Below, piece by piece: positions 19,733-29,729 of a stretch of 64,000 bases of DNA (position 1 is its first letter; each line of letters begins with the position of its first letter). Where the stretch lies: NCBI GenBank assembly GCA_964657965.1, contig CAZZWP010000003.1, positions 8,451-72,450 of the forward strand, written 5' to 3'. This DNA is from an uncultured Rudaea sp. Its GTDB lineage: Bacteria > Pseudomonadota > Gammaproteobacteria > Xanthomonadales > Rhodanobacteraceae. A model generated the notes under the pieces. That model had not been told where the DNA came from, did no database searches, and saw nothing but the letters and a program-made list of their open reading frames with translations. The translations under genes and the position numbers were made by a program.

Positions 19733-21891
19733 CACGCGCCCGCGTAACGCGCGCCGCTGCCGATCCATCGGTCGACGAGACGCTCCGTGAGTTCGGGGTA
19801 ATCGCGCAGCATGATTTCGCCCGCGCGCTGCACCGACGGCAATAGATGCGCATCGCGGCTGATGTCGGCGATGCGCAACGCAAGCTGCCCCGTTTGGCGC
19901 GTGCCGAGCACTTCGCCGGGGCCGCGCAATTCCAAATCCTTTTCGGCGATGCGGAATCCGTCGCCGGTTTCGCGCAAAACATCCAGACGCTGACGCGCCA
20001 TCGGCGACAGCGGCGCCTGGTATAAAAGTACACAACTCGACGCGGCGCTGCCCCGCCCGACGCGTCCGCGCAGTTGATGGAGTTGCGCAAGACCGAGGCG
20101 TTCGGCATTTTCGATAATCATCAGACTGGCATTCGGCACATCGACGCCGACTTCGATCACCGTTGTCGCCACCAGCAGCGATGTCCTGCCGGTCGAAAAA
20201 TTATCCATCGCCGCCTGTTTCTCGGTCGGCCTCAAGCGACCGTGCACAAGATCGATGCGATGCTCGGGCAGTGCGTTCGACAATTCGAGATAGATCGCCT
20301 CGGCGGCCTGTGCTTGCAGTTGTTCGGACTCTTCGATAATCGTGCAAACCCAATAGGCCTGACGCCCGTCGGCGCACGCAGCGCGGATGCGCTCGACCAC
20401 CTCGCCGCGTCGACTGTTCGCGATCGCGACAGTCGCCACCGGCGTTCGACCCGGCGGCAGCTCATCAATGGCCGACACGTCGAGATCGGCATACGCCGTC
20501 ATCGCCAGTGTGCGCGGAATCGGTGTCGCGGTGAGCACGAGTTGATGCGGCACCACGTCGGCCGACCGACCTTTATCACGCAACATCAATCGTTGATGCA
20601 CACCGAAGCGATGTTGTTCGTCGATGATGACGAGCCCGAGTTTCGCGAACTGCACGCCCTCTTGCATCAGCGCATGCGTACCGATGGCGATGTTTGCCGA
20701 GCTTGCCAGCGCGGCCATCGCGCTCGCGCGGGCCTTGCCTTTGAGTTTGCCGGCAAGCCAGACGACATCGACGCCGAGCGGCTGCATCCAGCGCTGGAAA
20801 TTGCGGAAGTGTTGCTCGGCGAGCAATTCGGTCGGCGCCATGAGTGCGACTTGGTAACCGGCTTCGATGGCAGTTAGCGCAGCGAGCGCAGCCACGACCG
20901 TCTTGCCGGAACCGACATCGCCCTGCACGAGACGCAGCATCGGTTGCGTCGTGGCCAGATCGTTCACGATCTCGCTGGCAACGCGCTTTTGGGCTTTCGT
21001 CAAGGCGAACGCGAGGTGTCCGAGAAACTTCGTGCGCAATTGTCCGTCGCCATCGAATTTGGGTGCCGAATGACGACGCGCTCGGGCACGAAGCCGCTTC
21101 AGACTTAAATGCTGCGCAAGCAATTCCTCGAACGCTAAACGTTGTTGTGCCGGATGTATGCCGACCGCCAGCGCAGCCAAGTCTGCGTCGGGCGGCGGTT
21201 GATGCACATACAGCAGCGCATCGCGCAACGATGATAATTTGTATAGTTTGCGTAATTGTGGAGGAATTAACTCCAGCGCATCGTCGTTCGGCAAACGCTT
21301 AAGCGCGTTTTCGATCAAGCGAACAAGACGCGGTTGGCCAAGTCCTTCCGTCGTCGGGTAAACCGGCGTCAATCGCTCGTCGACGGCCGTTTCCGGACCA
21401 TCGGCGACCCGCTTATATTGCGGATGCACCATCTCGAAACCATTTTTCGAAAACCGCGGTTCGCCGAAACAGCGAAGCGATCCGCCGATGGCGAGCTGAT
21501 TGACTTGCGCGTTGTTGAAATGGAAGAACCTCAGCGTCAGCGTTTGACGCGAATCGTCGCTGATCGCGATGCGCAACTGCGGACGGTAGCGAAAACTTTT
21601 TTCGATCGCCTCGATGCGGCCTTGCACTTGCGCCGCTTCGCCGTTGCGAAGATCGTTGATCGGCGTGATGTGCGTGCGATCTTCATAACGCAGCGGCAAG
21701 TGGAACCACAAATCCTGCAGCGTGTTGAGTCCGACGCGGCGAAGAATATCGGCCAGCGCGGGGCCGACGCCGGGCAGTATCTCGACGGAAGCGGTCGGAT
21801 CATTCGATGAAGGATCGCGTGCTGCGGCCGCGAAACGTTTCGCGCGCGGCTTCGACGCTTCAATCAAGCTGGAGGATGGCGTCGATTTCAA
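19732..21891 (-). CDS. recG: ATP-dependent DNA helicase RecG
   Basis: 719 aa. Wedge region (LPLRYEDRT) and SF2 motifs GDVGSGKT and IIDEQHRFG. The start codon reads as TTG, preceded by GGAG. It overlaps the ridA 3' end by 32 nt. Confidence 0.95.
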   Translation of the reverse strand: MKSTPSSSLIEASKPRAKRFAAAARDPSSNDPTASVEILPGVGPALADILRRVGLNTLQDLWFHLPLRYEDRTHITPINDLRNGEAAQVQGRIEAIEKSFRYRPQLRIAISDDSRQTLTLRFFHFNNAQVNQLAIGGSLRCFGEPRFSKNGFEMVHPQYKRVADGPETAVDERLTPVYPTTEGLGQPRLVRLIENALKRLPNDDALELIPPQLRKLYKLSSLRDALLYVHQPPPDADLAALAVGIHPAQQRLAFEELLAQHLSLKRLRARARRHSAPKFDGDGQLRTKFLGHLAFALTKAQKRVASEIVNDLATTQPMLRLVQGDVGSGKTVVAALAALTAIEAGYQVALMAPTELLAEQHFRNFQRWMQPLGVDVVWLAGKLKGKARASAMAALASSANIAIGTHALMQEGVQFAKLGLVIIDEQHRFGVHQRLMLRDKGRSADVVPHQLVLTATPIPRTLAMTAYADLDVSAIDELPPGRTPVATVAIANSRRGEVVERIRAACADGRQAYWVCTIIEESEQLQAQAAEAIYLELSNALPEHRIDLVHGRLRPTEKQAAMDNFSTGRTSLLVATTVIEVGVDVPNASLMIIENAERLGLAQLHQLRGRVGRGSAASSCVLLYQAPLSPMARQRLDVLRETGDGFRIAEKDLELRGPGEVLGTRQTGQLALRIADISRDAHLLPSVQRAGEIMLRDYPELTERLVDRWIGSGARYAGA

Positions 21892-22243
21892 CCTGTGCTC
21901 CGCGCGGCAACGAAGCGACGCCGATCGTCGAACGCGCCGGATACGGCGGTTGGCAATACTCCGCCATCACCGCATTGACGGCGGTGAAGTTGCCTAAATC
22001 GGTGAGATAAATGCCGACGCGCACGATCTGCGCGAGGGAAGCGCCGGCCGCCTCGCACACCGCTTTCAAGTTTTCGAAGACACGCCGCGTTTGGAACGTG
22101 ATGTCACCGGTCACCAGTTCACCGGTACCCGGATCGAGCGGAATCTGTCCGGAAAAATAAACGGTGTTGCCAGTACGCACGGCCTGCGAATAAGGGCCGA
22201 TGGCTTTCGGCGCGCGATCGGTGTGAACAACGTTGCGTGTCAT
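21860..22243 (-). CDS. ridA: RidA/YjgF-family reactive intermediate deaminase
   Basis: Start at internal Met5 (MTRNVVHT). Signature [12 protein letters not shown]...[10 protein letters not shown]...[19 protein letters not shown]. Confidence 0.9.
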   Translation of the reverse strand: MTRNVVHTDRAPKAIGPYSQAVRTGNTVYFSGQIPLDPGTGELVTGDITFQTRRVFENLKAVCEAAGASLAQIVRVGIYLTDLGNFTAVNAVMAEYCQPPYPARSTIGVASLPRGAQVEIDAILQLD

Positions 22244-22291
22244 GGAACTTCCCACTGAGTCGAATGCGAAGCGTAACGCAAAAACGAGCGC

Positions 22292-24427
22292 TCAAGGATA
22301 GCGATACACCGCGTGCACCACGGGCGCATTGCGCACGCGCCGCATCACGGCGGCCAGATGTTTGCGGTTGCGCACTTCGATGGTGAACATCAGCGTGGAT
22401 GTTTGCTGATCGCGTTCCTGGTATTCGACATTCTCGATGTTCGAGTCGCGTTCGGCGATGGCGGCCGCGACGGTGGCGAGCACACCGGGTTTGTTGTCGA
22501 CGACGATGCGCAAACGCGCGCGATAATCGCCACTGACTTCGCGATCCCAACCGATAGCGACGATACGTTCCGGCGCCTTGCGATATTCCGGCGCGTTCGG
22601 ACATTCGAGGCGATGCACTACGATGCCCTTGCCGGACGACAAATAACCGAAAATCTCATCGCCGGGGACCGGATAACAGCAGTTGCCGAAACTGAGCACG
22701 CCGCGTTCGGCGCCGGTGATCAGAATTTTTTCCGACACGCGCGATGACGTTTCGCCGATCTGTCCGTCCTTCGTATCGGACAATTGCGCGGCGACCTGAT
22801 CGGGCATGCGGTTGCCGAGGGCGATGTCGGCGAGCAATTCTTCCAGACGTTTGTAACGCGCTTCGGCCAGGAATCGATCGAGCGTCGCCGGCGGAATCGC
22901 ATCAAGACTCAAATTGCGCGCGTCGAGAGCGCGATCGAGCATGCGATGACCGAATTCCACCGCGTCTTCGTGCTGCAGCCGTTTCAGGAAATGCCGAATC
23001 GCGGTGCGGGCGCGCGCGGAAACGACCCATTCCAGCCATTGCGGATTCGGCAATGCGGACGGCGCCGTGATGATCTCGACCGATTCGCCGGAGTTCAACC
23101 GTTGACGCAACGGCACCAGTTTTTTATCGACCCGCGCGGCGACGGCGTGCGTGCCGACATCGGTGTGCACGGCGAACGCGAAATCGAGCGCGGTGGCGTT
23201 GCGCGGCAATGCGAGAATTTGTCCCTTCGGCGTGAACAGATAAACCTCGTCCGGGAACAAATCCACTTTTACATTTTCAAGGAACTCGATTGAGGACGCT
23301 TCGCGCGTTTGCGAATCGACCAGACCTTCAACCCATTCGCGCGCACGAGTTTGTGCAGCCGTCGCATGCTCGGCAGTTTTGTACGACCAATGCGCCGCGA
23401 CGCCGCGTTCCGCAATTTGATCCATGTCTTCGGTACGGATCTGGATTTCGATCGGGCCACCGAACGGACCAAACAACACGGTGTGCAACGACTGATAGCC
23501 GTTGGCTTTCGGGATGGCGATGAAATCCCGGAATCGCGAATCGAGCGGTTTATACAAAGCGTGAATCGCGCCGAGCGCGTGGTAGCAATCCATCGTCGCC
23601 TGTACGACGACGCGGAATCCGTAGACGTCCATCACTTGCGCGAATGTTTTGTGCTCGCCGCGCATTTTCGTGTAAATGCTGAAGGGGGACTTGACGCGGC
23701 TCACCACGCGATGCCGAATAGTCTCGAGGTTGAGTCTCGTCGATAGCGCACTTTCGATCTTACTTAAGACTTCGCGACGATTGCCGAATACGCTCTTGAT
23801 GCGGTCTTGGATGACGCGATGGCGCAGCGGGTACAGCGCGCGGAAGCCGAGTTCCTGCAACTCGGATTTGAACTTGTTCATGCCGAGCCGTTGCGCGATC
23901 GGCGCGTAGATATCGAGGGTCTCGCGTGCGATGCGTCGCCGCGACGTCGGATCCATCGCGCCCAGCGTGCGCATGTTGTGCAGACGATCCGCGAGCTTGA
24001 TGAGGATCACGCGCAAGTCGCGCGCCATTGCCAGCAACATTTTGCGGAAACTTTCCGCGGCCGCTTCTTGCAGGCTGCGGAACATGACTTTGTCGAGCTT
24101 GGTCACGCCGTCGACGAGCGTCGCGACCGTCGGCCCGAAATCGCGTTCGAGTTCCGGCCGAGATAGCGGCGTGTCTTCCAGGGTGTCGTGCAGAATCGCG
24201 GCGATGATCGTTTCCGCATCCATGCCGAGATCGGCGAGGATGGCCGCGACAGCCACGGGATGCGTGATGTAGGGTTCGCCGCTTTTGCGCTTTTGTCCCG
24301 CGTGGGCGTGCGCGCCGATTTGATACGCGTTGATGACGCGCGCAACTTGATCGCGCGGCAGATATGCCAGCCGACTTTCCAGAGCCAGCACGTCGGCAGG
24401 TAGGCTTTCCTGCAGCGCCGTGCTCAT
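22292..24427 (-). CDS. spoT: Bifunctional (p)ppGpp synthetase/hydrolase SpoT
   Basis: 711 aa. HD hydrolase motif (HDTLEDT), a RelA/SpoT synthetase domain, and TGS and C-terminal ACT-like regions. Positioned after rpoZ. Confidence 0.95.
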   Translation of the reverse strand: MSTALQESLPADVLALESRLAYLPRDQVARVINAYQIGAHAHAGQKRKSGEPYITHPVAVAAILADLGMDAETIIAAILHDTLEDTPLSRPELERDFGPTVATLVDGVTKLDKVMFRSLQEAAAESFRKMLLAMARDLRVILIKLADRLHNMRTLGAMDPTSRRRIARETLDIYAPIAQRLGMNKFKSELQELGFRALYPLRHRVIQDRIKSVFGNRREVLSKIESALSTRLNLETIRHRVVSRVKSPFSIYTKMRGEHKTFAQVMDVYGFRVVVQATMDCYHALGAIHALYKPLDSRFRDFIAIPKANGYQSLHTVLFGPFGGPIEIQIRTEDMDQIAERGVAAHWSYKTAEHATAAQTRAREWVEGLVDSQTREASSIEFLENVKVDLFPDEVYLFTPKGQILALPRNATALDFAFAVHTDVGTHAVAARVDKKLVPLRQRLNSGESVEIITAPSALPNPQWLEWVVSARARTAIRHFLKRLQHEDAVEFGHRMLDRALDARNLSLDAIPPATLDRFLAEARYKRLEELLADIALGNRMPDQVAAQLSDTKDGQIGETSSRVSEKILITGAERGVLSFGNCCYPVPGDEIFGYLSSGKGIVVHRLECPNAPEYRKAPERIVAIGWDREVSGDYRARLRIVVDNKPGVLATVAAAIAERDSNIENVEYQERDQQTSTLMFTIEVRNRKHLAAVMRRVRNAPVVHAVYRYP

Positions 24428-24519
24428 CCTGATCTCCTTACCGGGTCAGGCCGCCACGCGTGTACAGTACGCCGTCTGTCGACTGCGCTGCGGACTTCGC
24501 GTGGCGTCGCTTGAGTGCA

Positions 24520-24813
24520 TTACAGGTCGTCGCCGCCCTTGGTCAGATCGTCGTCCATTTCGGCGGCGGCCCATTCCATGGCTTCACGTTCGGCCTTCTC
24601 GCGTTCTTGCTTGTCGATCTCGGAAATGAGTTCGTTCGTGACTTTGCGCGATGCGATTTCACGCAGTGCGAGTACAGTCGGCTTGTCGCTGGTGCCTTCC
24701 ACGAGCGGATCGGCGCCCTTCGACAATTGACGTGCGCGTTTGGTCGCCATCATCACCAGCTCGAAGCGGTTATCGACCACTTCCAGGCAGTCTTCAACGG
24801 TAATACGTGCCAT
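24520..24813 (-). CDS. rpoZ: RNA polymerase omega subunit
   Basis: 97 aa starting [24 protein letters not shown]. Confidence 0.95.
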   Translation of the reverse strand: MARITVEDCLEVVDNRFELVMMATKRARQLSKGADPLVEGTSDKPTVLALREIASRKVTNELISEIDKQEREKAEREAMEWAAAEMDDDLTKGGDDL

Positions 24814-25046
24814 ATAACCTCAAATTTTACTCAAAAATATTGTCTATTCATAAGTTTACGCGTCGCACATTGTAGCGGCATCGCCGCATTTCGCGCAAAT
24901 TAACGGCGACGCACTAAACTTATATGGGAACGCATTGTGCTGTGCAAAAGAGTCCTCATTTGCTTTACGCTAGTCGTTCTGACCGGCTTTGTTCGCGCGT
25001 GAGGGCGGGTAGCGTCGGATTTTTTAGGAAACGGATACCCTAACGC

Positions 25047-25865
25047 ATGCAATTTTCGTCATTGATTCCCCGTTGGGGCCTTGCTGCCCTGACGCTTACG
25101 CTCGTCTCCTGCGCCACGCCGATGCCCCGCACGGACGACCCGCTGCAAAACTACAATCGCAAGGTCTACGCCTTCAACGATTTCGCCGACCGCGCGGTGA
25201 TTCGTCCCGTCGCCGTGGGCTATCGGAAAGTCACCAATGACACGACGCGGCGTTTGCTCAGCAATTTCTTCGCGAACATCGAATCGCCGATCACGATCGC
25301 CAACGATTTGCTACAGGCCAACGTGAAAGAAGCGGCTAAAGCGACTGGCCGTCTGGTCATCAATACGACGATCGGCGTGGTCGGTTTCTTCGATCCGGCG
25401 AGTGAACTCGGCATTCAGGCGAGCGCGTCGGATTTTGGCGTGACGCTCGCGAAATGGGGCGTGCCGGAAGGTCCGTACATCGTCTTGCCGTTGTACGGCT
25501 CGACGACGTTGCGCGATATCGGGCGCATTCCTGTCGATGATTATTTTTTCGATCCGCTGACGTGGTACTCGCGTGAGCACGATCTGAATTTCGACGCGCA
25601 GTATGCGCCGACGCTTTTGTATCTGATCACGCTGCGCTCGACCGGCATCGACGCCGAAGGCCTGCTGGAAGGCGTCTACGATCCTTACATCTTCTATCGC
25701 GATGCCTACCGTCAACGGCGTCTGTACGAAATTTATCGCGGCAATCCGCCGCTGGAAGCGATTCAGACGCTGCAGGGCACCGGTGACGTCGACGACGCCG
25801 ACAAGCTCATCGAAGAGCAGCAAAAGTTCGAGAAACAAAAAACGACGGCGCCCACCGGTCACTAA
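25047..25865 (+). CDS. mlaA: Outer-membrane lipid asymmetry lipoprotein MlaA (VacJ family)
   Basis: 272 aa with lipobox LVSC. VacJ motif NRKVYAFNDFADRAVIRPVAVGYR. Adjacent to mlaFEDCB. Confidence 0.85.
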   Translation: MQFSSLIPRWGLAALTLTLVSCATPMPRTDDPLQNYNRKVYAFNDFADRAVIRPVAVGYRKVTNDTTRRLLSNFFANIESPITIANDLLQANVKEAAKATGRLVINTTIGVVGFFDPASELGIQASASDFGVTLAKWGVPEGPYIVLPLYGSTTLRDIGRIPVDDYFFDPLTWYSREHDLNFDAQYAPTLLYLITLRSTGIDAEGLLEGVYDPYIFYRDAYRQRRLYEIYRGNPPLEAIQTLQGTGDVDDADKLIEEQQKFEKQKTTAPTGH

Positions 25866-25871
25866 ACGCGG

Positions 25872-26180
25872 TCACGTCATCCCGATCAATCGATCGACTT
25901 CGGTCAGATGTGCCAGATTGCGCAATCCTTCCGGCACTTGTTTGAAGCGAAGCGTCACACCCTGACGCTTCGCCCGTGCCGTCCACGCGATAAGAACGGC
26001 GAGTGTGGCGCTATCGGATTTTTCCAGCGCACTTAAATCGATATCGAGCATGCTGCCGCTGCGTCCCGGCTGCGGCATGCGCGCGAGCGCGGATGCCGCA
26101 TTGGCGAATGAGATCGCACCGGACACGCGCAGCGTGCCCATCGTATCGGATTCGACGCTGAAAAAAGGTGCGGGATTCAT
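25872..26180 (-). CDS. mlaB: STAS-domain protein MlaB
   Basis: Start at internal Met16 (MNPAPFF), just past the mlaC stop. About 100-aa anti-sigma-antagonist-like fold (LDIDLSALEKSDSATLAVLIAW). Last gene of the mla operon. Confidence 0.7.
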   Translation of the reverse strand: MNPAPFFSVESDTMGTLRVSGAISFANAASALARMPQPGRSGSMLDIDLSALEKSDSATLAVLIAWTARAKRQGVTLRFKQVPEGLRNLAHLTEVDRLIGMT

Positions 26181-26184
26181 CGAA

Positions 26185-26835
26185 TCATTTCTTATTCGGA
26201 TCCATCGCTTCCAACGCGTTGGCACCTTGCGATTCCAGGCGCTGGGTCAGCGCGTCCAGACTCGATTTCGCGATTTCCGCCGACACCTGATTGCGGTAAT
26301 TGGTCACGTAGGAAATGCCTTCGATGATGACGTCGTAGGCTTTCCAATCGCCCGCGGGTGTTTTGCGGAAGGCGTAATCGACCGGGACGGTTTTGCCGTC
26401 GTCGAGCACGACTTGTGTGCGGACCAGCGAGCGCTTGTCGTTCAGTTCCCCCTGAAACGGCAGTACTTTGACGCGACCTTCAGTGTATTTGAGCAATCCT
26501 TCGGCGTAGCGGTGCGTGATGGAGTTGTACATCGCCTTGGCGAAACGCGCGCGTTGTTCGGGCGTGGACGTTTTCGCGTTCTGACCGAGCACGAGAATCG
26601 ACGCATAGTCGATATCGAAATGCGGCAGCACGATATCGTCGATCGTCTTCAGCAACGCTTCGCGGTTGTTCTGCAATTCCGTACGCCGCGCATCCATCGT
26701 CTTGCCGAGATTGTCCACCAGCGTTTGGACTACCTCGTTCGGCGCGGCGCCGTCGGCGAAAACCGGCGCGCTCGCGGCGACGAAAAGTATACAAAGCAAT
26801 GAGTATAAAAATTTACCGAGCGTATTGTCCTTCAC
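26185..26835 (-). CDS. mlaC: Periplasmic phospholipid-binding protein MlaC (Ttg2D family)
   Basis: GTG start at Val34 (VKDNTLGKF), immediately after the mlaD stop. Signal peptide ...APVFA. The upstream part of the ORF overlaps mlaD. Confidence 0.8.
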   Translation of the reverse strand: MKDNTLGKFLYSLLCILFVAASAPVFADGAAPNEVVQTLVDNLGKTMDARRTELQNNREALLKTIDDIVLPHFDIDYASILVLGQNAKTSTPEQRARFAKAMYNSITHRYAEGLLKYTEGRVKVLPFQGELNDKRSLVRTQVVLDDGKTVPVDYAFRKTPAGDWKAYDVIIEGISYVTNYRNQVSAEIAKSSLDALTQRLESQGANALEAMDPNKK

Positions 26836-26836
26836 G

Positions 26837-27382
26837 TCATTTCTCCTGAGGCTTCGTGGATTTATCGGCGGGCGGCGCGGTGCCGGCCGCGGGTGGCGCC
26901 GGCGCATTCTTGTCGCCCGGCTTGCCGGAATCATTGCCGACCAGATATTTACCGATCAGCTCTTCCAGCTGCATCGAGCTTTGCGTGAGCACCACTTCGT
27001 CGTTGTTCTTGAAATTGTCCGGCGATCCGCCCGGCTGCAGCGAAATATACTGGTCACCCAATAACCCGCTCGTGAACACCGCGGCGGCGGAATCATCCGG
27101 AATCTTGTCGAAATGCTTGTCGATCGACAGCGAAACCAGCGCATCGAGTTTGTCCGGCTCGAGCACGATATCGCTCACCGATCCGACGCGCACACCGGCT
27201 ACTTTCACCGGCGCGCGCAACTTGAGCTGGCCGATGTTCGTGAACCGCGCCTTCAGCGTGTAGCTGTCGCCCTGCCGGTAATTGGCCAGACTCGTGGTCT
27301 GTGTGGCGAGGTAGGTGAGCGCGGCGAATCCGAGCAAGATGAAAAGCCCGGTGCCGATTTGAAACGATTGTCGTTGTGCCAT
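26837..27382 (-). CDS. mlaD: MCE-domain protein MlaD
   Basis: 181 aa with an N-terminal TM and an MCE domain (LKARFTNIGQLKLRAPVKVAGVRVGSV). Pro/Ala/Lys tail. Confidence 0.85.
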   Translation of the reverse strand: MAQRQSFQIGTGLFILLGFAALTYLATQTTSLANYRQGDSYTLKARFTNIGQLKLRAPVKVAGVRVGSVSDIVLEPDKLDALVSLSIDKHFDKIPDDSAAAVFTSGLLGDQYISLQPGGSPDNFKNNDEVVLTQSSMQLEELIGKYLVGNDSGKPGDKNAPAPPAAGTAPPADKSTKPQEK

Positions 27383-27398
27383 GTTCTTGGTCCTGCGG

Positions 27399-28169
27399 TT
27401 ACATCAGGAAAGCGGTCATTACGAAATCGATCGCCAACGTGGTGATCGACGAAAAAACGACGGTGCGCGTCGTCGCATAGGCGACGCCTTCGCTGGTCGG
27501 TGCGGTGGTGTAGCCCTGAAACGTGGCGATCAATGTACACACACCGCCGAAGGCGAGTGATTTCCACAACCCGTTGACCACGTCTTTCCACACATCGACG
27601 CTCGACGTCATGTTCGACCAGAACGTGCCGTTGTCCAATCCGAGCCACGCCACGCCGACGAGATGTGCGCCGAGAATTCCCATCGCGTTGAACACGCACG
27701 CGAGGATCGGCATGGCAATGATGCCCGCGATGAAACGCGGCGCGACGACGAACGCGAGTGGATCGACGGCCATCATTTCCATCGCGTCGAGCTGATCGGT
27801 CGCGCGCATCAAACCGATCTCGGCGGTGATCGACGTGCCCGCGCGACCGGCGAACAACAACGCTGTCACGACCGGACCCAATTCGCGATACAACGACAGC
27901 GAAACCACGCTGCCGAGCGCGGCGGTGCCACCGAAAATCGACAGCACGTAATACAACTGCAACCCCAGCACCATGCCGACGAATAAACCGCACGTCATGA
28001 CGATGACCAGACTCATCGCGCCGACGAACCAGACTTGTCGCGCCGTTTCGCCAATGTGCTTCAGGCTGGCAGGAATCGCGCGCAGGATCAGCACGAGGAA
28101 CAGTCCGCATTCGCCGATCTGTGCGATACCGGACATCATCCGTGACGGTTCTTTGCGCACGGTGCTCAT
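27399..28169 (-). CDS. mlaE: ABC permease MlaE
   Basis: 256-aa polytopic membrane protein. ATGA overlap with the mlaF stop. MlaE-like conserved loops (GLQLYYVL, GPVVTALLFAGRAGTSITAEIG). Confidence 0.9.
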   Translation of the reverse strand: MSTVRKEPSRMMSGIAQIGECGLFLVLILRAIPASLKHIGETARQVWFVGAMSLVIVMTCGLFVGMVLGLQLYYVLSIFGGTAALGSVVSLSLYRELGPVVTALLFAGRAGTSITAEIGLMRATDQLDAMEMMAVDPLAFVVAPRFIAGIIAMPILACVFNAMGILGAHLVGVAWLGLDNGTFWSNMTSSVDVWKDVVNGLWKSLAFGGVCTLIATFQGYTTAPTSEGVAYATTRTVVFSSITTLAIDFVMTAFLM

Positions 28170-29014
28170 GCCTTCGTCTCGCCGAGGCCAAGCTGCGTCG
28201 CGTAATCCGGCGCCGGATATTGAAATGGAACAGGCCCGTCGGCTTCACCGCTGAAGAATTGCCGTGTCCACGGCGTATCCCCGCGCGCAAGCGTTTCAGG
28301 ATCGCCATGCGCGGCGACTTTTCCGCCGGCAATCAAATAAATCTGGTCCGCCGCGCGACGCACTGCCTGCAGTTCGTGCGCGACGAGAATGCTGGTGATC
28401 CCCAATGTCTCGTTGAGCATGCGGATCAGTCGCAAAATCTGGTTGAGCGCGATGGGATCCAGACCGACGAACGGTTCGTCGTAAATGATCAGCATCGGAT
28501 CGCGCACGATGGCGCGCGCCAACGCCACGCGACGCACCATGCCGCCGGACAATTCGTTCGGCATCAATTCCGCCGCGCCGCGCAGACCGACCGCCTGCAA
28601 CTTCGTCAACACGATGTCGCGCACCAGTTCTTCCGGTAATTTCAGATGCTGGCGCAACGGAAACGCGACGTTTTCGAAAACAGTAAAATCCGTGAGCAAC
28701 GCGGAATTCTGAAACAGGTAGCCGATACGTTCGCGCAAATCGAACAGCGCGGCGCGATCGAGCTTCGTCACGCTCAATCCGTTGACCATAATTTCGCCCG
28801 CGTCGGGTGCGAGCTGGCCGGTGATGTGGCGCATCAATGTCGTCTTGCCCGTGCCGCTCGGGCCCATCACCGCCGTCACTTTGCCGCGCGGGATGGTCAG
28901 GCTGACGTTGTCGAAAATCGTCTTGCCATTCAGAACAGTACTCAATCCCGAGATCCGAATCAGCGGATCGCCGGCCGAGCTGTTTTCCTTGGCTGGCAAC
29001 GATTTCTCGGTCAT
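28166..29014 (-). CDS. mlaF: ABC ATPase MlaF
   Basis: Walker A GPSGTGKTT, signature LSGGM and Walker B LIIYDEP. Confidence 0.9.
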   Translation of the reverse strand: MTEKSLPAKENSSAGDPLIRISGLSTVLNGKTIFDNVSLTIPRGKVTAVMGPSGTGKTTLMRHITGQLAPDAGEIMVNGLSVTKLDRAALFDLRERIGYLFQNSALLTDFTVFENVAFPLRQHLKLPEELVRDIVLTKLQAVGLRGAAELMPNELSGGMVRRVALARAIVRDPMLIIYDEPFVGLDPIALNQILRLIRMLNETLGITSILVAHELQAVRRAADQIYLIAGGKVAAHGDPETLARGDTPWTRQFFSGEADGPVPFQYPAPDYATQLGLGETKA

Positions 29015-29108
29015 GAAGGCGGACTTAAAACGAGGGCGACTACCTTACCCGACCCACCCTCGTTGCGGAAGCATTGATTTCCGCGCGGTTAAGCGCAGCG
29101 TCAGCCGA

Positions 29109-29723
29109 TCAAATGCGTAGAAGATCGGCGAGCAATGCGGTGTGATCTCGCGTGGGCATCGCCTCACCGCGTCGGCGATGTTCGACGATCGAACAGATTT
29201 CGTCGAGCGCCGAATCGAACTTGTCGTTGACGACGATGTAGTCGAACTCGGCCGCGTGTTCGAGATCGCGACGCACATCGGCCAGTCGACGCAAAATCGT
29301 TTCTTCCGAATCCGACGCCCGCGAACGCAACCGCCGCTCCAACTCCGCGCGCGACGGTGGAAGGATGAAAATACTCACCGTGTCGCGCATGCGTGCCCGC
29401 ACCTGTTCGGCACCCTGCCAATCGATTTCGAGCAGAACGTCTTTCCCGTGCGCCAGCGTTTTTTGCACCGGTGCTTTAGCCGTCCCTTTCAAATCGCCGT
29501 GGACAACCGCGTGTTCGAAGAATTCGCCGCGCTCGATCATCGCCTCGAATTCCACGCGCGACACGAAGTGATAATGCACGCCATCGATTTCATTCGGTCG
29601 CGCAGGTCGTGACGTGTACGAAATCGACAACTCAAGATTCGGTTCCCGATCGAGCAACGCGCGCGTCAGCGTCGTTTTGCCCGCGCCGGAAGGTGCCGCG
29701 ACGATGTAGAGAGTACCGGTCAC
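29109..29723 (-). CDS. gmk: Guanylate kinase
   Basis: 204 aa. P-loop APSGAGKTTL, then SYTSRPARPNE..G..YHFV. Confidence 0.95.
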   Translation of the reverse strand: MTGTLYIVAAPSGAGKTTLTRALLDREPNLELSISYTSRPARPNEIDGVHYHFVSRVEFEAMIERGEFFEHAVVHGDLKGTAKAPVQKTLAHGKDVLLEIDWQGAEQVRARMRDTVSIFILPPSRAELERRLRSRASDSEETILRRLADVRRDLEHAAEFDYIVVNDKFDSALDEICSIVEHRRRGEAMPTRDHTALLADLLRI

Positions 29724-29729
29724 AGTAGG

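Noticed and set aside
19733-20035. 101-codon N-terminal extension of the methyltransferase ORF.
   Set aside because: It lies inside recG in another frame. The ATG at 19732 gives an ATGA junction with the recG stop, and the Zn-ribbon starts right after it.
27253-28332. 359-aa alternative-frame minus-strand ORF across mlaE and mlaF.
   Set aside because: It is the same strand but a different frame from two genes with clear ABC permease and ATPase signatures. Its product is Arg/His/Asp-rich.
29026-29063. Hairpin (AAAACGAGGG ... CCCTCGTT) between gmk and mlaF that could terminate gmk.
   Set aside because: The loop is about 20 nt and the trailing T-run is short (TTTTAAG on the transcript). It is plausible but too weak to list as a terminator feature, so it is mentioned only in the mla finding.
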